NCBI GenBank assembly: GCA_002868855.1
Contig: PKUM01000212.1
Coordinates: 1 to 58,494 of the forward strand
Direction: 5' to 3'
DNA length: 58,494 nucleotides
DNA from: Chromatiales bacterium
Lineage (GTDB): Bacteria > Pseudomonadota > Gammaproteobacteria > Steroidobacterales > BM003
Every line of letters starts with the position of its first letter. Position 1 is the stretch's first letter. Shown in pieces: positions 28,334 to 36,748 of the stretch. The notes beneath the pieces were generated by a model, which did not search any database, had not been told where the DNA came from, and worked only from the letters and a program-made list of their open reading frames with translations. The position numbers and the translations under genes are program-made.

Positions 28334-29323
28334 ATGTACATGAATGCGATGGTCATGGAGAAACCCGGCCAGCCTCTGGTGCACAGGTCCCTGCCCGTCC
28401 CGCAACCGGGACCGGGCGAGGTTCTGATTCGAGTCAAAGCGTGCGGGGTATGCCGCACCGATCTGCATATCGTCGACAACGAACTCGATCAACCAAAGCT
28501 GCCTCTGATACCCGGCCACGAGATTGTCGGGGTTGTCGCCAAAACCGGGGAGGCCGTCACAGAGCTTGCGACAGGCGATCGGGTCGGAGTCGGATGGCTG
28601 GGACACACCTGCCAGAATTGTGATTTCTGCAGCCAGAACCACGAGAATCTGTGCGCGGCGGCGCGTTTCACCGGATATCAAATCGATGGCGGATACGCCG
28701 AGTACAGCGTTGCCGAGGCGCGCTATTGTTTTCCGATTCCGGATTGCTACAGCGACACCGAAGCGGCACCGTTGCTGTGCGCCGGCCTGATCGGATTCAG
28801 AACCCTGAGGCTGGCCGGACCTTGTGAGACGGTCGGCATCTACGGATTCGGTGCTGCCGCCCACATCGTCGCCCAGATCGCGCGCTACGAGGGCAAGCGG
28901 GTCTATGCCTTTACCCGACCCGGTGACAGGATTGCGCAGGATTTTGCAATGTCACTGGGTGCCGAGTGGGCCGGCGACTCCAGCCAGACACCACCAGTCG
29001 AGCTCGACAGCGCCCTGATCTTCGCCCCAGCGGGGGAACTGGTACCGGTCGCCCTGTCGCGGTTGCGCAAGGGCGGAACCGTGGTATGCGGTGGGATCCA
29101 CATGAGTGATATCCCGTCATTTTCCTACGACCTCTTGTGGCACGAGCGCAGCGTCTGCTCGGTTGCCAACCTCACTCGGCGCGACGGGCGCGACTTTTTT
29201 CAAATTGCTCCACGCGTCCCGGTACGCACGTCGGTCACCCCCTACTCGCTTCAGGAGGCTAACGCCGCGCTGGCCGACCTACGCGCCGGGAATCTCAGCG
29301 GAGCTGCTGTTTTAAATATATAA
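28334..29323 (+). CDS. zinc-dependent medium-chain alcohol dehydrogenase
   Basis: 329-aa ORF with catalytic-zinc region CGVCRTDLH and GHEIVG, a structural-zinc cluster C..C..C..(7)C, and a GxGxxA Rossmann motif (IYGFGAAAH). Confidence 0.85.
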   Translation: MYMNAMVMEKPGQPLVHRSLPVPQPGPGEVLIRVKACGVCRTDLHIVDNELDQPKLPLIPGHEIVGVVAKTGEAVTELATGDRVGVGWLGHTCQNCDFCSQNHENLCAAARFTGYQIDGGYAEYSVAEARYCFPIPDCYSDTEAAPLLCAGLIGFRTLRLAGPCETVGIYGFGAAAHIVAQIARYEGKRVYAFTRPGDRIAQDFAMSLGAEWAGDSSQTPPVELDSALIFAPAGELVPVALSRLRKGGTVVCGGIHMSDIPSFSYDLLWHERSVCSVANLTRRDGRDFFQIAPRVPVRTSVTPYSLQEANAALADLRAGNLSGAAVLNI

Positions 29324-29479
29324 ATCATATATCTATAATCTATAGTTAAAGTTAAAATTTATTATCGGGGTGAGAATTTCCTGAGCCATCGGGGCGAGTA
29401 TCGAACAAGTTGACCGATAGCGTGTCTATCAAGACAGGCACATCGTTTTCAGAATTACACGAAGCGGCACACCGGGACC
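29324..29479 (+). promoter_or_regulatory. AT-rich leader / probable promoter region of the envelope cluster
   Basis: Very AT-rich DNA (TAAATCATATATCTATAATCTATAGTTAAAGTTAAAATTTATTAT) in an otherwise GC-rich window, immediately upstream of the first gene of the 17.5-kb co-directional cluster. No specific -35/-10 was assigned. Confidence 0.35.
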
Positions 29480-30940
29480 ATGAATCGGATCACCGCGTAC
29501 GCAGTCTTTTTGGTGTTGGCGGCGTCAGCGGCGTCGGCGTCCGAGCGCGCTCCTGTGCCGCTGTGGTGGCCGCTGGCCGAAGTCAGTAACGACTACCAGC
29601 TACTTTGTCAGCGGCGTCTGCGCGGCATGCTTGACCCCGGCTGGTTGATCGATCCGTTGTCACCGCCGGATGCAATGCGCTCGGCGCCCGATGACGCTCT
29701 CGATCCGTTGCATCGATCCCAGATCTATTTTTCGATCGCCCAGGCCGATTTTCTGGAGGGCGAAGCAGTCTCTGCCGCCGCGAATCTGCGCGCATCGCGC
29801 ACGCTGATCGAGCAGCGCGGCGACGGCTTTTCACTGGACCTGATCCCCATTCTGACGGCCCAGGCCCGTCTGGATATGGAGAACGGCGCCTACAGCCGCG
29901 CCATCGATACATTGCAGCGGGCGCGGGCAATTTTTCGCCGTGCCAATGGCCTCAACGAAGCCTGCCAGGGGCTGTGGCTGGAAGCGGAGGCCGAAGCGCA
30001 TGCCGCCGCGGGCGACCTGATGGCGGCAGACGGCGCGCAATTGCAGTCGCACCGACTGCGCCGGCATCCCGATATTGACCAGCATCAACTCCAGGTCGAC
30101 GCTCTGATCGACATGGCGGACTGGCAACGCGAATTGCATGCGGCGCTGCCCCCGGAGCAACGCGCCGGTCTCGCCTGCCTGATCGCCAGCAGTTTCAGTC
30201 CCGGGATTGGCGAACCGCGTCGTTGTCATCACCCGGGCATGCGCGAACTCTATAAACGTGCGGTGCGACTGCTGGAAGACAACGAGGGGAAGGACTCGCT
30301 GGGGCTGGTGGAACCGCTCCGCGGTCTGGCCATCAGCTATCTTTACGGCACCGTGCACTGGAAGCGATACGGCGACAGGATAGGGTTCCACGGCCCCTAC
30401 TACCGCGGTCGGCGTATGCTTGAGCGAGCACTGACGATCGCCGAAAAGGCGGAGTTTGGCGCCTCTGACCGCACTCTGGCGACCATCCTGGTCGATCTGG
30501 GCGACTGGCACTCTATCTACGACCATGGGCCAAAACGGGCGCGAGACTACTATCGCAGGGCCTGGACTCTGATGAAACAGGATATTCCCGATGACGAAGT
30601 TCCCGGTGCATTCGAGAACCCGGTCCGCCTGCTCTATCTTCCCGCCGGTTTTCAGCAACCTCAGGCACGCGGCCAAATCAGCGATAGCGGGCCGATGTTG
30701 CCGGGATGGGCAAGGGTCGAATTCACGGTGACGGCAGAAGGACGTGCCACGGACATTGAAGTTATAGAAAACAACCCGCCCTACTGGACCCGGCACAACC
30801 GCGATATAGAGCGGTCCATGGCAACCAGCAGATTCCGGCCGGCATGGCGCAACGGCGAACCCGTTCCGGTGAGAGCGGAGATTCTGTACCGCTTCAGATA
30901 CCCGGCTCCCAGCGAAAACATTTCCGCAGATAGTGGCTGA
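29480..30940 (+). CDS. exported TPR-like repeat protein with C-terminal TonB-C-like domain (paralog 1)
   Basis: 486-aa ORF with a signal peptide (AASAASA/SE) and helical repeat blocks. The C-terminal domain WARVEFTVTAEGRATDIEVIENNP.......SMATSRFRPAWRNGEPV...EILYRFRY fits the TonB_C pattern. Confidence 0.7.
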   Translation: MNRITAYAVFLVLAASAASASERAPVPLWWPLAEVSNDYQLLCQRRLRGMLDPGWLIDPLSPPDAMRSAPDDALDPLHRSQIYFSIAQADFLEGEAVSAAANLRASRTLIEQRGDGFSLDLIPILTAQARLDMENGAYSRAIDTLQRARAIFRRANGLNEACQGLWLEAEAEAHAAAGDLMAADGAQLQSHRLRRHPDIDQHQLQVDALIDMADWQRELHAALPPEQRAGLACLIASSFSPGIGEPRRCHHPGMRELYKRAVRLLEDNEGKDSLGLVEPLRGLAISYLYGTVHWKRYGDRIGFHGPYYRGRRMLERALTIAEKAEFGASDRTLATILVDLGDWHSIYDHGPKRARDYYRRAWTLMKQDIPDDEVPGAFENPVRLLYLPAGFQQPQARGQISDSGPMLPGWARVEFTVTAEGRATDIEVIENNPPYWTRHNRDIERSMATSRFRPAWRNGEPVPVRAEILYRFRYPAPSENISADSG

Positions 30941-32495
30941 ACAAAAAATTGTCGCTAAAATCGGGGCCATGGCCGAACCGCCAGCACAGAAAAAGGCATC
31001 GAGCGTCGGCCGGTTTGCGGCGCTTTACATAATTTGCGGGCTCGCATTGTCGGCCGCCGTCAGCCCGTGCGTGGGGGCCGATTTGGCGCTGCTCGCCGAG
31101 CTTACGGTACCCCCGGAACTCGAGGAGGCATCAGCCGACCAGTCGGTTGCGTCGGGCCTGTATGCAGAAATGCTCAGCGACGCCGCGTTCGGCGAAGTTG
31201 ACGAAGCCATCGAACCCGCGCAACGCCTTGTGGAGCTGACCGAACTTGAGTTCGGTCAGCAGTCCAAACGAATGGCGCGGCCGCTGACCAATCTCGCGCT
31301 GATCCAGGAGAGCCGCGGCGACCTGGATAATGCGGGACAAAATTATGCCGAGGCCGTAGGCATGCTGGAGCGCTTCAGCAGCCCCGTGGATCGAGACCTG
31401 GTCACTCCGTTGATGGGAATCGGCCGCGTACTCGACAAAACCGGGCGCCCGGGCGAAGCCGTTTTGGCGTACGAGCGCGCCCGCCAGATCCTGCGCCGGC
31501 ATGAGGGTCTCTATACCCTGGACCAGATCGCGATGCTGGACGCGATGGCCACGAGTTATGCCGCCGCCGGCAACGGCCTGGAAGCGGATCGCCAGCAGTT
31601 GCGCGCGTTCGATCTGAGATCGCGAGGCCGCGACGACAACAGCACCGAGATGGTCTCAGCCTTGCTCGATCTCGCCGAGTGGCAAATGGACATCTACCGT
31701 GGATTGTCGCCGCAGGACCAGGCCATCTACGGCTGCCTGATCGAAACCGACATGACATTCGCCGACGAGCGGCCCGCTCGCTGCCGCCGCCCGTCAAGTC
31801 GCGCGCTGTACAACCGCGCCATCCATATTCTCGAAGAGGAGTACGGCAAGGAAGACGTTCGCCTGGTCGCTCCTTTGCGCGGGCTTGCGAGCACCTACTA
31901 TGCCAGATCGGGACGCTGGATCTACAAGGGCCAGCAGGGGCAGGTCGGAGAGCCCGGATACGAATACCAGTCGCAGCACGCGCGCGCCCGGAGCTTGCTG
32001 GAACGGGCGCTCGACATCCAGCTCGCGCAGGACTCGATAGAGATCAGTGAAAAAGCTGAATTGCTGATGGACATGGGTGACTGGTACACGGTCTTCAGCC
32101 AGGATCGGGATCGCGGCATGGACTACTATCGCGAAGCCTGGTCGGTGCTGCGCGACGGCGAGGGCGAAGGTCCCGCTGCGGAGGCATTTGCCCAACCGAA
32201 GAGACTGGCCTATAGCCGATCGCCAGCCCCGCCGCGCAACAATACGGCCAACCTTTCTCTTGAATTGAAACCGGAGGAACAACTGGGCTTTGTGCTGGTC
32301 GAATATACCGTCACGCCGGATGGCCAGGCGCAGGATGTGCAAATAATAGAAACCTCTCCTCCTGGCTGGGTGGGACAGGAGCGTGCCGTTCTGAGATCGA
32401 TGCGTACGGCGCGGTTTCGGCCGCGGATGGAAGAAGGCGAACCAGTTGCCACTTCGGGGATACAAGTCAAACACGAGTTCCGATACGTTGAGTGA
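30933..32495 (+). CDS. exported TPR-like repeat protein with C-terminal TonB-C-like domain (paralog 2)
   Basis: 520-aa ORF with a GTG start overlapping the upstream stop by 8 nt (alternative ATG at 30969). It has a signal peptide and a C-terminal FVLVEYTVTPDGQAQDVQIIETSP....RSMRTARFRPRMEEGEPV. It shares conserved blocks with paralogs 1 and 3. Confidence 0.7.
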   Translation: MAEQKIVAKIGAMAEPPAQKKASSVGRFAALYIICGLALSAAVSPCVGADLALLAELTVPPELEEASADQSVASGLYAEMLSDAAFGEVDEAIEPAQRLVELTELEFGQQSKRMARPLTNLALIQESRGDLDNAGQNYAEAVGMLERFSSPVDRDLVTPLMGIGRVLDKTGRPGEAVLAYERARQILRRHEGLYTLDQIAMLDAMATSYAAAGNGLEADRQQLRAFDLRSRGRDDNSTEMVSALLDLAEWQMDIYRGLSPQDQAIYGCLIETDMTFADERPARCRRPSSRALYNRAIHILEEEYGKEDVRLVAPLRGLASTYYARSGRWIYKGQQGQVGEPGYEYQSQHARARSLLERALDIQLAQDSIEISEKAELLMDMGDWYTVFSQDRDRGMDYYREAWSVLRDGEGEGPAAEAFAQPKRLAYSRSPAPPRNNTANLSLELKPEEQLGFVLVEYTVTPDGQAQDVQIIETSPPGWVGQERAVLRSMRTARFRPRMEEGEPVATSGIQVKHEFRYVE

Positions 32496-32610
32496 GAATC
32501 GCTTTCGTTCCCGCACTGATGCGCCCGTAACATGTTCCGGGCCAACGAATTCCCGCGCGCCGGGATCAGGCCTCGGCCTGCTCCGCCGCAAACTGACCGA
32601 TAGCGCCCCG

Positions 32611-34092
32611 GTGCGGGTCGGTGCCCTGCTCGCCAGCGCCGTGCTGGCGTGGAGTCCGGCCTCCGCCCAGGACGACACGCTCGGCGCCGGCCGCACAGTT
32701 GCCGAAAATTCGTCGGTCACGGGCCGCCCGGTCAACCAAAACACGGTTGGCGCGTTACTGGGCGGTGAGGAGCTGACCGAACGCGAGCAGCAATATGAGG
32801 AGTACCTGTTCAAGTACGAGTCGCGCGAATACGAGGAGGCACTGGAACCGGCAACCAGGGTCGTTGACCTGACGGAGCGGGAAGCCGGTCGGGATACGCC
32901 GCTGTTGATCGATCCCCTGATTAACCTGGCAACGCTTCAGAGCATGACCGATCAACCAACTGAAGCGGTGGCGAACTACCAGAGAAGCATCGAACTGATT
33001 GAGGAAAACTACAGCGAGAACGACCCGCGGCTGGTGCGGCCGTTGACCGCGCTCGGCGAGATTCACAATGCAGTTGGGCATTACGAAGAGGCAATACCTT
33101 ATCTCGAGCGTGCTCAGCACATTACCCGCCGGCATGACGGCCTTTACAATCTCGAGCAAGTCAAACAACTCGAACAAATGGCCATCAGTTATCACGGGCT
33201 GGAAGACATTCGCATGTCCGTGACCAAACAGGCTTCCGCCTATCAGATTTACCAGCGCCAGTTCGGTGCAAATTCTCCGGAGATCCTGCCCGCGCTTTAC
33301 AACCTTGCGGAGCACCTCGGCAAAATATTCTCGACTCGTGACTCCTACGACCGGGTCCGGCTGACCTGCCTGGTAGAACGTAAAGTTACCTGGGAGGCCG
33401 ACGAGAAACAGATTTGCCCGGTTCCGGGGGAGCGCGATCTGTATCGGAAAGCGGTACACATCGTCGAGGACACTTACGGGCCCGAGGATATTCGCCTCGT
33501 GGAACCGTTGGTGCGACTGGCCGAGTCGTATCGCCACAAGTCGGTCGTCAGCGTTGGCGGACAGTATGTGCGTCAGGACCCACGCGCGAAGACCTATCTG
33601 TATCGCGCGCTGGAGATCATCGACCAGAACGATGATGTCGACCCGGTGTTGCATGCCAGCGCGCTGGTAGCGCTTGGTGACTGGTACCTGCGGTTTTCGC
33701 CGGTATGGGAAAAAGGCATCCAGTATTACGACCTGGCGTGGAGGATTCTTACTCCCGACGGCTCCCGCACGCCGGAGAGCGACCGGTTTTTCAAGGATCC
33801 TCATCTCGTGTTCATGCCAGCCATCCGGCCGGCGGTCCGGCGTCAGAATGGACAATTTGCCAGCATCGGGCAACTCGGGTCGGGGTACGTTGTCGTCAGC
33901 TATGACGTCGACCCCGAGGGATGGGCGCACAACGTCGAAGTATTACAGACGGAACCCGACGACTACCGGAGACAACAGAATTATGTCGCGCGAGCAGTGA
34001 AACTGGCGCGGTTCAGGCCGACCTATAAGGAAGGACAGCGTGACTGGGCCCATAACCAGAGACTGAGACATGATTTTTTCTACATGGAATAG
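32611..34092 (+). CDS. exported TPR-like repeat protein with C-terminal TonB-C-like domain (paralog 3)
   Basis: The ORF is open from a TTG at 32446, which would overlap paralog 2 by 50 nt. The GTG at 32611 yields a clean signal peptide (M)RVGALLASAVLAWSPASA/QDD. The C-terminal domain is YVVVSYDVDPEGWAHNVEVLQTEP....AVKLARFRPTYKEGQ. The start is uncertain. Confidence 0.65.
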   Translation: MRVGALLASAVLAWSPASAQDDTLGAGRTVAENSSVTGRPVNQNTVGALLGGEELTEREQQYEEYLFKYESREYEEALEPATRVVDLTEREAGRDTPLLIDPLINLATLQSMTDQPTEAVANYQRSIELIEENYSENDPRLVRPLTALGEIHNAVGHYEEAIPYLERAQHITRRHDGLYNLEQVKQLEQMAISYHGLEDIRMSVTKQASAYQIYQRQFGANSPEILPALYNLAEHLGKIFSTRDSYDRVRLTCLVERKVTWEADEKQICPVPGERDLYRKAVHIVEDTYGPEDIRLVEPLVRLAESYRHKSVVSVGGQYVRQDPRAKTYLYRALEIIDQNDDVDPVLHASALVALGDWYLRFSPVWEKGIQYYDLAWRILTPDGSRTPESDRFFKDPHLVFMPAIRPAVRRQNGQFASIGQLGSGYVVVSYDVDPEGWAHNVEVLQTEPDDYRRQQNYVARAVKLARFRPTYKEGQRDWAHNQRLRHDFFYME

Positions 34093-34296
34093 GACGCCGA
34101 AAGCTGTCGTGAAACGAGGCGCTCATGCCGGAGTAAGGAAGACCTTACAAGGAAGGCTCCGGGAATCCTCGGCTATTCCATGTACACTTGGCGAGGCGAG
34201 ACCGGCAACGCCGCGGCTGTTTTTTGCCGCGCACAGACCTGGTGCCGCGTCAGTGTAGCGAGGCCGTTGCGAAGGCAAATCGGACGAGGTGTCACG

Positions 34297-35490
34297 ATGA
34301 CCGACAATTTCACGACAAAACTCTGCCTTGTGCTCGCCCTGGCGCTGGCGGCCGGTTGTGCCAGTCAACAGACGCAGGAACAGGAGGAGCAGGAACAGCA
34401 ATCGTCCAGCACATCTTCGAGCACCTCCGAATCCTCCAGCCCGAGCAGCGGCAGTCCCTCGCAAGCGCCCAGCGAATCCAGCACGGAAAGCCAGTCACAG
34501 AGTTCCGGAAGCGCCGAACAGGATCCCTGGAGCAACCCGCCCGAGCAGTCCGAGTCTGGCGGAGAATCGAGTGCTCAGAGCCAGAGTTCGCCCCCGCCTG
34601 GCGGCGCACCTCAGGAAAGCACCGCGCAGGAGCAAGGGGGTGCCGAAGGCGCGGAACAACAAGGCGGACAACCCCCCGGTGGCGCGGAGAGCACGGCCCA
34701 GGAACAGGGTGGTCCTCCTCCGGGCGGAGCCGATGGCGAAGCGGAACAGCAGGGCGGCGCGCAGAGCACCGCCCAGGAACAACAGGGCGGCGGCCCTGAA
34801 GGTGGCGCCGAGAGTACCGCTCAGGAGCAAGGTGGCGGCCCCGCGGGAAGCGGCGAAAGCACGGCGCAACAACAGGGCGGACAAAATCCGGGAAGCACGC
34901 CGGGCGGCAGCGCCGGCTCCGGTGGCGCGCAAGGTCCCGCAGGCGCAGTGCCTGGTGGCAACATGCCCGGGGGCGCAAGTGGCGCACCCGGAGGCTCGAA
35001 TCCGGTCAGAGTCGCGGTCATTGGCTCGCCGCAAACCGGCGACGAGCAGGTTGGAGATCTCGACCGGGTTCTTGACGGCTCAATGGTGATTTTTGACGGC
35101 CGCATCCTCGAAGAACAGCAACGAGCGCGCGATGCGCGGCGCGGCAGCGAATCCGGCGCCGAGGGCTCGGTGTACGGCGAGGAAAGCGAAGGCGGCAGCG
35201 GTGCTACCGATGTCGGCGAAGACGGTGGAATGGGCGGGGAATCCGGCGACGGCGATTCGACCATCGAAGACGGCGGACCGGCCGATACCAGCGGTTTGGA
35301 ACGACCGATGCCTCAGGGCGGTGCAGGCAAGGAAGCCACGGGTTCGGCTCCGGAAGGTATTCCCAGTGGTGACGACGACGACATCGTCGCGCGCCAGTTG
35401 CGCGAAGCCGCTGAAACCGAGAGCGATCCGGTTCTGCGCGAAAAACTCTGGGAAGAGTACCGGCGTTACAAGGAAGGCACATCGAGGTAA
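34297..35490 (+). CDS. lipoprotein with long acidic Ser/Gln/Glu/Gly-rich repeat region
   Basis: The ATG at 34297 is preceded by GAGGTG. It has a signal peptide and lipobox (LAAGC). About 210 aa of low-complexity sequence follows, then two ordered-looking islands (VLDGSMVIFDGRILEEQ and DDDIVARQLREAAETESDPVLREKLWEEYRRYKEG). Confidence 0.7.
   Translation: MTDNFTTKLCLVLALALAAGCASQQTQEQEEQEQQSSSTSSSTSESSSPSSGSPSQAPSESSTESQSQSSGSAEQDPWSNPPEQSESGGESSAQSQSSPPPGGAPQESTAQEQGGAEGAEQQGGQPPGGAESTAQEQGGPPPGGADGEAEQQGGAQSTAQEQQGGGPEGGAESTAQEQGGGPAGSGESTAQQQGGQNPGSTPGGSAGSGGAQGPAGAVPGGNMPGGASGAPGGSNPVRVAVIGSPQTGDEQVGDLDRVLDGSMVIFDGRILEEQQRARDARRGSESGAEGSVYGEESEGGSGATDVGEDGGMGGESGDGDSTIEDGGPADTSGLERPMPQGGAGKEATGSAPEGIPSGDDDDIVARQLREAAETESDPVLREKLWEEYRRYKEGTSR
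34591..34887 (+). repeat. imperfect in-frame tandem repeats encoding GG..ESTAQEQGG units
   Basis: The peptide unit (E/Q)STAQ(E/Q)Q flanked by GG/PPGG recurs five times within roughly 100 aa. The DNA copies are diverged. Confidence 0.7.
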
Positions 35491-35496
35491 TTCGAA

Positions 35497-36729
35497 ATGA
35501 GGCGACTGACACTTCTCCCACTGTACCCGGCAGCTTTGTCGCTGCTGCTTGGCGGCTGCGTTCAGGAGTCCGTTCGCTCGGTCAACTCGACCGAGGCGAT
35601 ACAGGCGGTTGAGGCGATCCCCGAAGCCCAGCTACTCGACGTTGGGGTAGCGGTTTTCGATGCCGGCATTCCCGAAGACGAGGAAAGCTGGGAAAAGCTC
35701 CGAATTTTCCCGACAGTTCGCAAGGCCGAAGCCAGGTTTATTCCACTCATCCTGCAGGACACCCTGGAGAAAACCGGCCAGTGGGGCGCGGTCTGGGTCG
35801 TTCCCTCTGACTCAAATGCAGTCGATTTGCACGTGTCCGGAAAGATCCTCTATTCGGACGGCGAAACTCTCAAGCTCGATGTCCAGGCGGTTGACTCCAC
35901 GGGACGCGAATGGCTGGACAAGACTTACGAAGGCGTGGCAAGCAAATATGCCTATGTCGAGGAACTCGAGCTCGACAGCGATCCATTCCAGAACATTTAC
36001 AACCAGATCGCGAACGACCTGGTGCTGGCGAGGCAGTCGCTGGATGCCAAGCAACTGACAGACATCCGAACGATTTCGGAGTTGCGATTTGCAACAGAAT
36101 TTTCGCCCGAGGCTTTCGACCGCCATCTGAAGGTAAACGAGAGGACCGGCGAATACACAATCAACAGTCTGCCCGCGCGTGAAGAACCAATGATGGTTCG
36201 CATGAGTAAGATCCGCGAGCGTGAGTACATGTTCTTCGACACGCTGGACGAGTATTACGACAATTTCGAACGACAGATGGGCGAGCCCTATATGGATTGG
36301 CGCGCCTACAGCTACGACGAGACTATCGCGCTACGAGAGGTCAAGGACTCGGCGCGGCGGCGGATGCTGCTTGGCGCATTGGCAGTGGTGGGCGGCCTGT
36401 ATGTCGGCAGCCAGGGCGGCAGCTACACCGAGTCGGTCATAGCGAATACCGCCGTGATCGGCGGCGGTACTCTCGCATGGTCCGGATTCAAACGCTACGG
36501 AGAATCCAAGATCCATGTTGATGCGCTGCGCGAACTCGGCACTTCACTCGAAGCGGAAGTACGCCCCGTAGTCGTCGATATTGAAGGACAAACCGTGGAG
36601 CTCTCTGGCTCCGTTGAGGCCCAGTATGCCGAATGGCGGCGTCTGTTGCGGGATATCTATGAACTCGAAACCGGGATCGAGGTCGCCAGCGACAGTGCAG
36701 CACCAGGCGACGGCACCGAGGTCAACTAA
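35497..36729 (+). CDS. lipoprotein, function unknown, with C-terminal Gly-rich hydrophobic segment
   Basis: 410-aa ORF lying 6 nt after the upstream stop and preceded by GAGGT. It has a lipobox (LLGGC) and a glycine-zipper-like segment LLGALAVVGGLYVGSQGG...AVIGGGTLAW. Confidence 0.65.
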   Translation: MRRLTLLPLYPAALSLLLGGCVQESVRSVNSTEAIQAVEAIPEAQLLDVGVAVFDAGIPEDEESWEKLRIFPTVRKAEARFIPLILQDTLEKTGQWGAVWVVPSDSNAVDLHVSGKILYSDGETLKLDVQAVDSTGREWLDKTYEGVASKYAYVEELELDSDPFQNIYNQIANDLVLARQSLDAKQLTDIRTISELRFATEFSPEAFDRHLKVNERTGEYTINSLPAREEPMMVRMSKIREREYMFFDTLDEYYDNFERQMGEPYMDWRAYSYDETIALREVKDSARRRMLLGALAVVGGLYVGSQGGSYTESVIANTAVIGGGTLAWSGFKRYGESKIHVDALRELGTSLEAEVRPVVVDIEGQTVELSGSVEAQYAEWRRLLRDIYELETGIEVASDSAAPGDGTEVN

Positions 36730-36748
36730 ACAAAAGCAACACAGACCC

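Noticed and set aside
29431-29455. Sigma-54-like -24/-12 element AGGCAC-N5-TTTCA upstream of the cluster.
   Set aside because: The -12 GC dinucleotide is TC, and no enhancer-binding protein is encoded in the window. I kept it only as a note inside the AT-rich leader finding.
34205-34236. A T6 run (34221-34226) preceded by GC-rich sequence in the 204-nt gap between paralog 3 and the repeat lipoprotein, as a possible terminator.
   Set aside because: I could not draw a stable stem. GCCGCGGC is self-palindromic with no loop. It is at best a weak attenuator.
34188-35264. Multiple 150-250-aa ORFs in other frames and on the other strand over the lipoprotein repeat region (34188+, 34328+, 34310-, 34495-, 34821-).
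   Set aside because: These are low-complexity frame echoes of the GC-rich S/Q/E/G repeat. Only the frame starting at 34297 has an SD, a lipobox and ordered C-terminal blocks.
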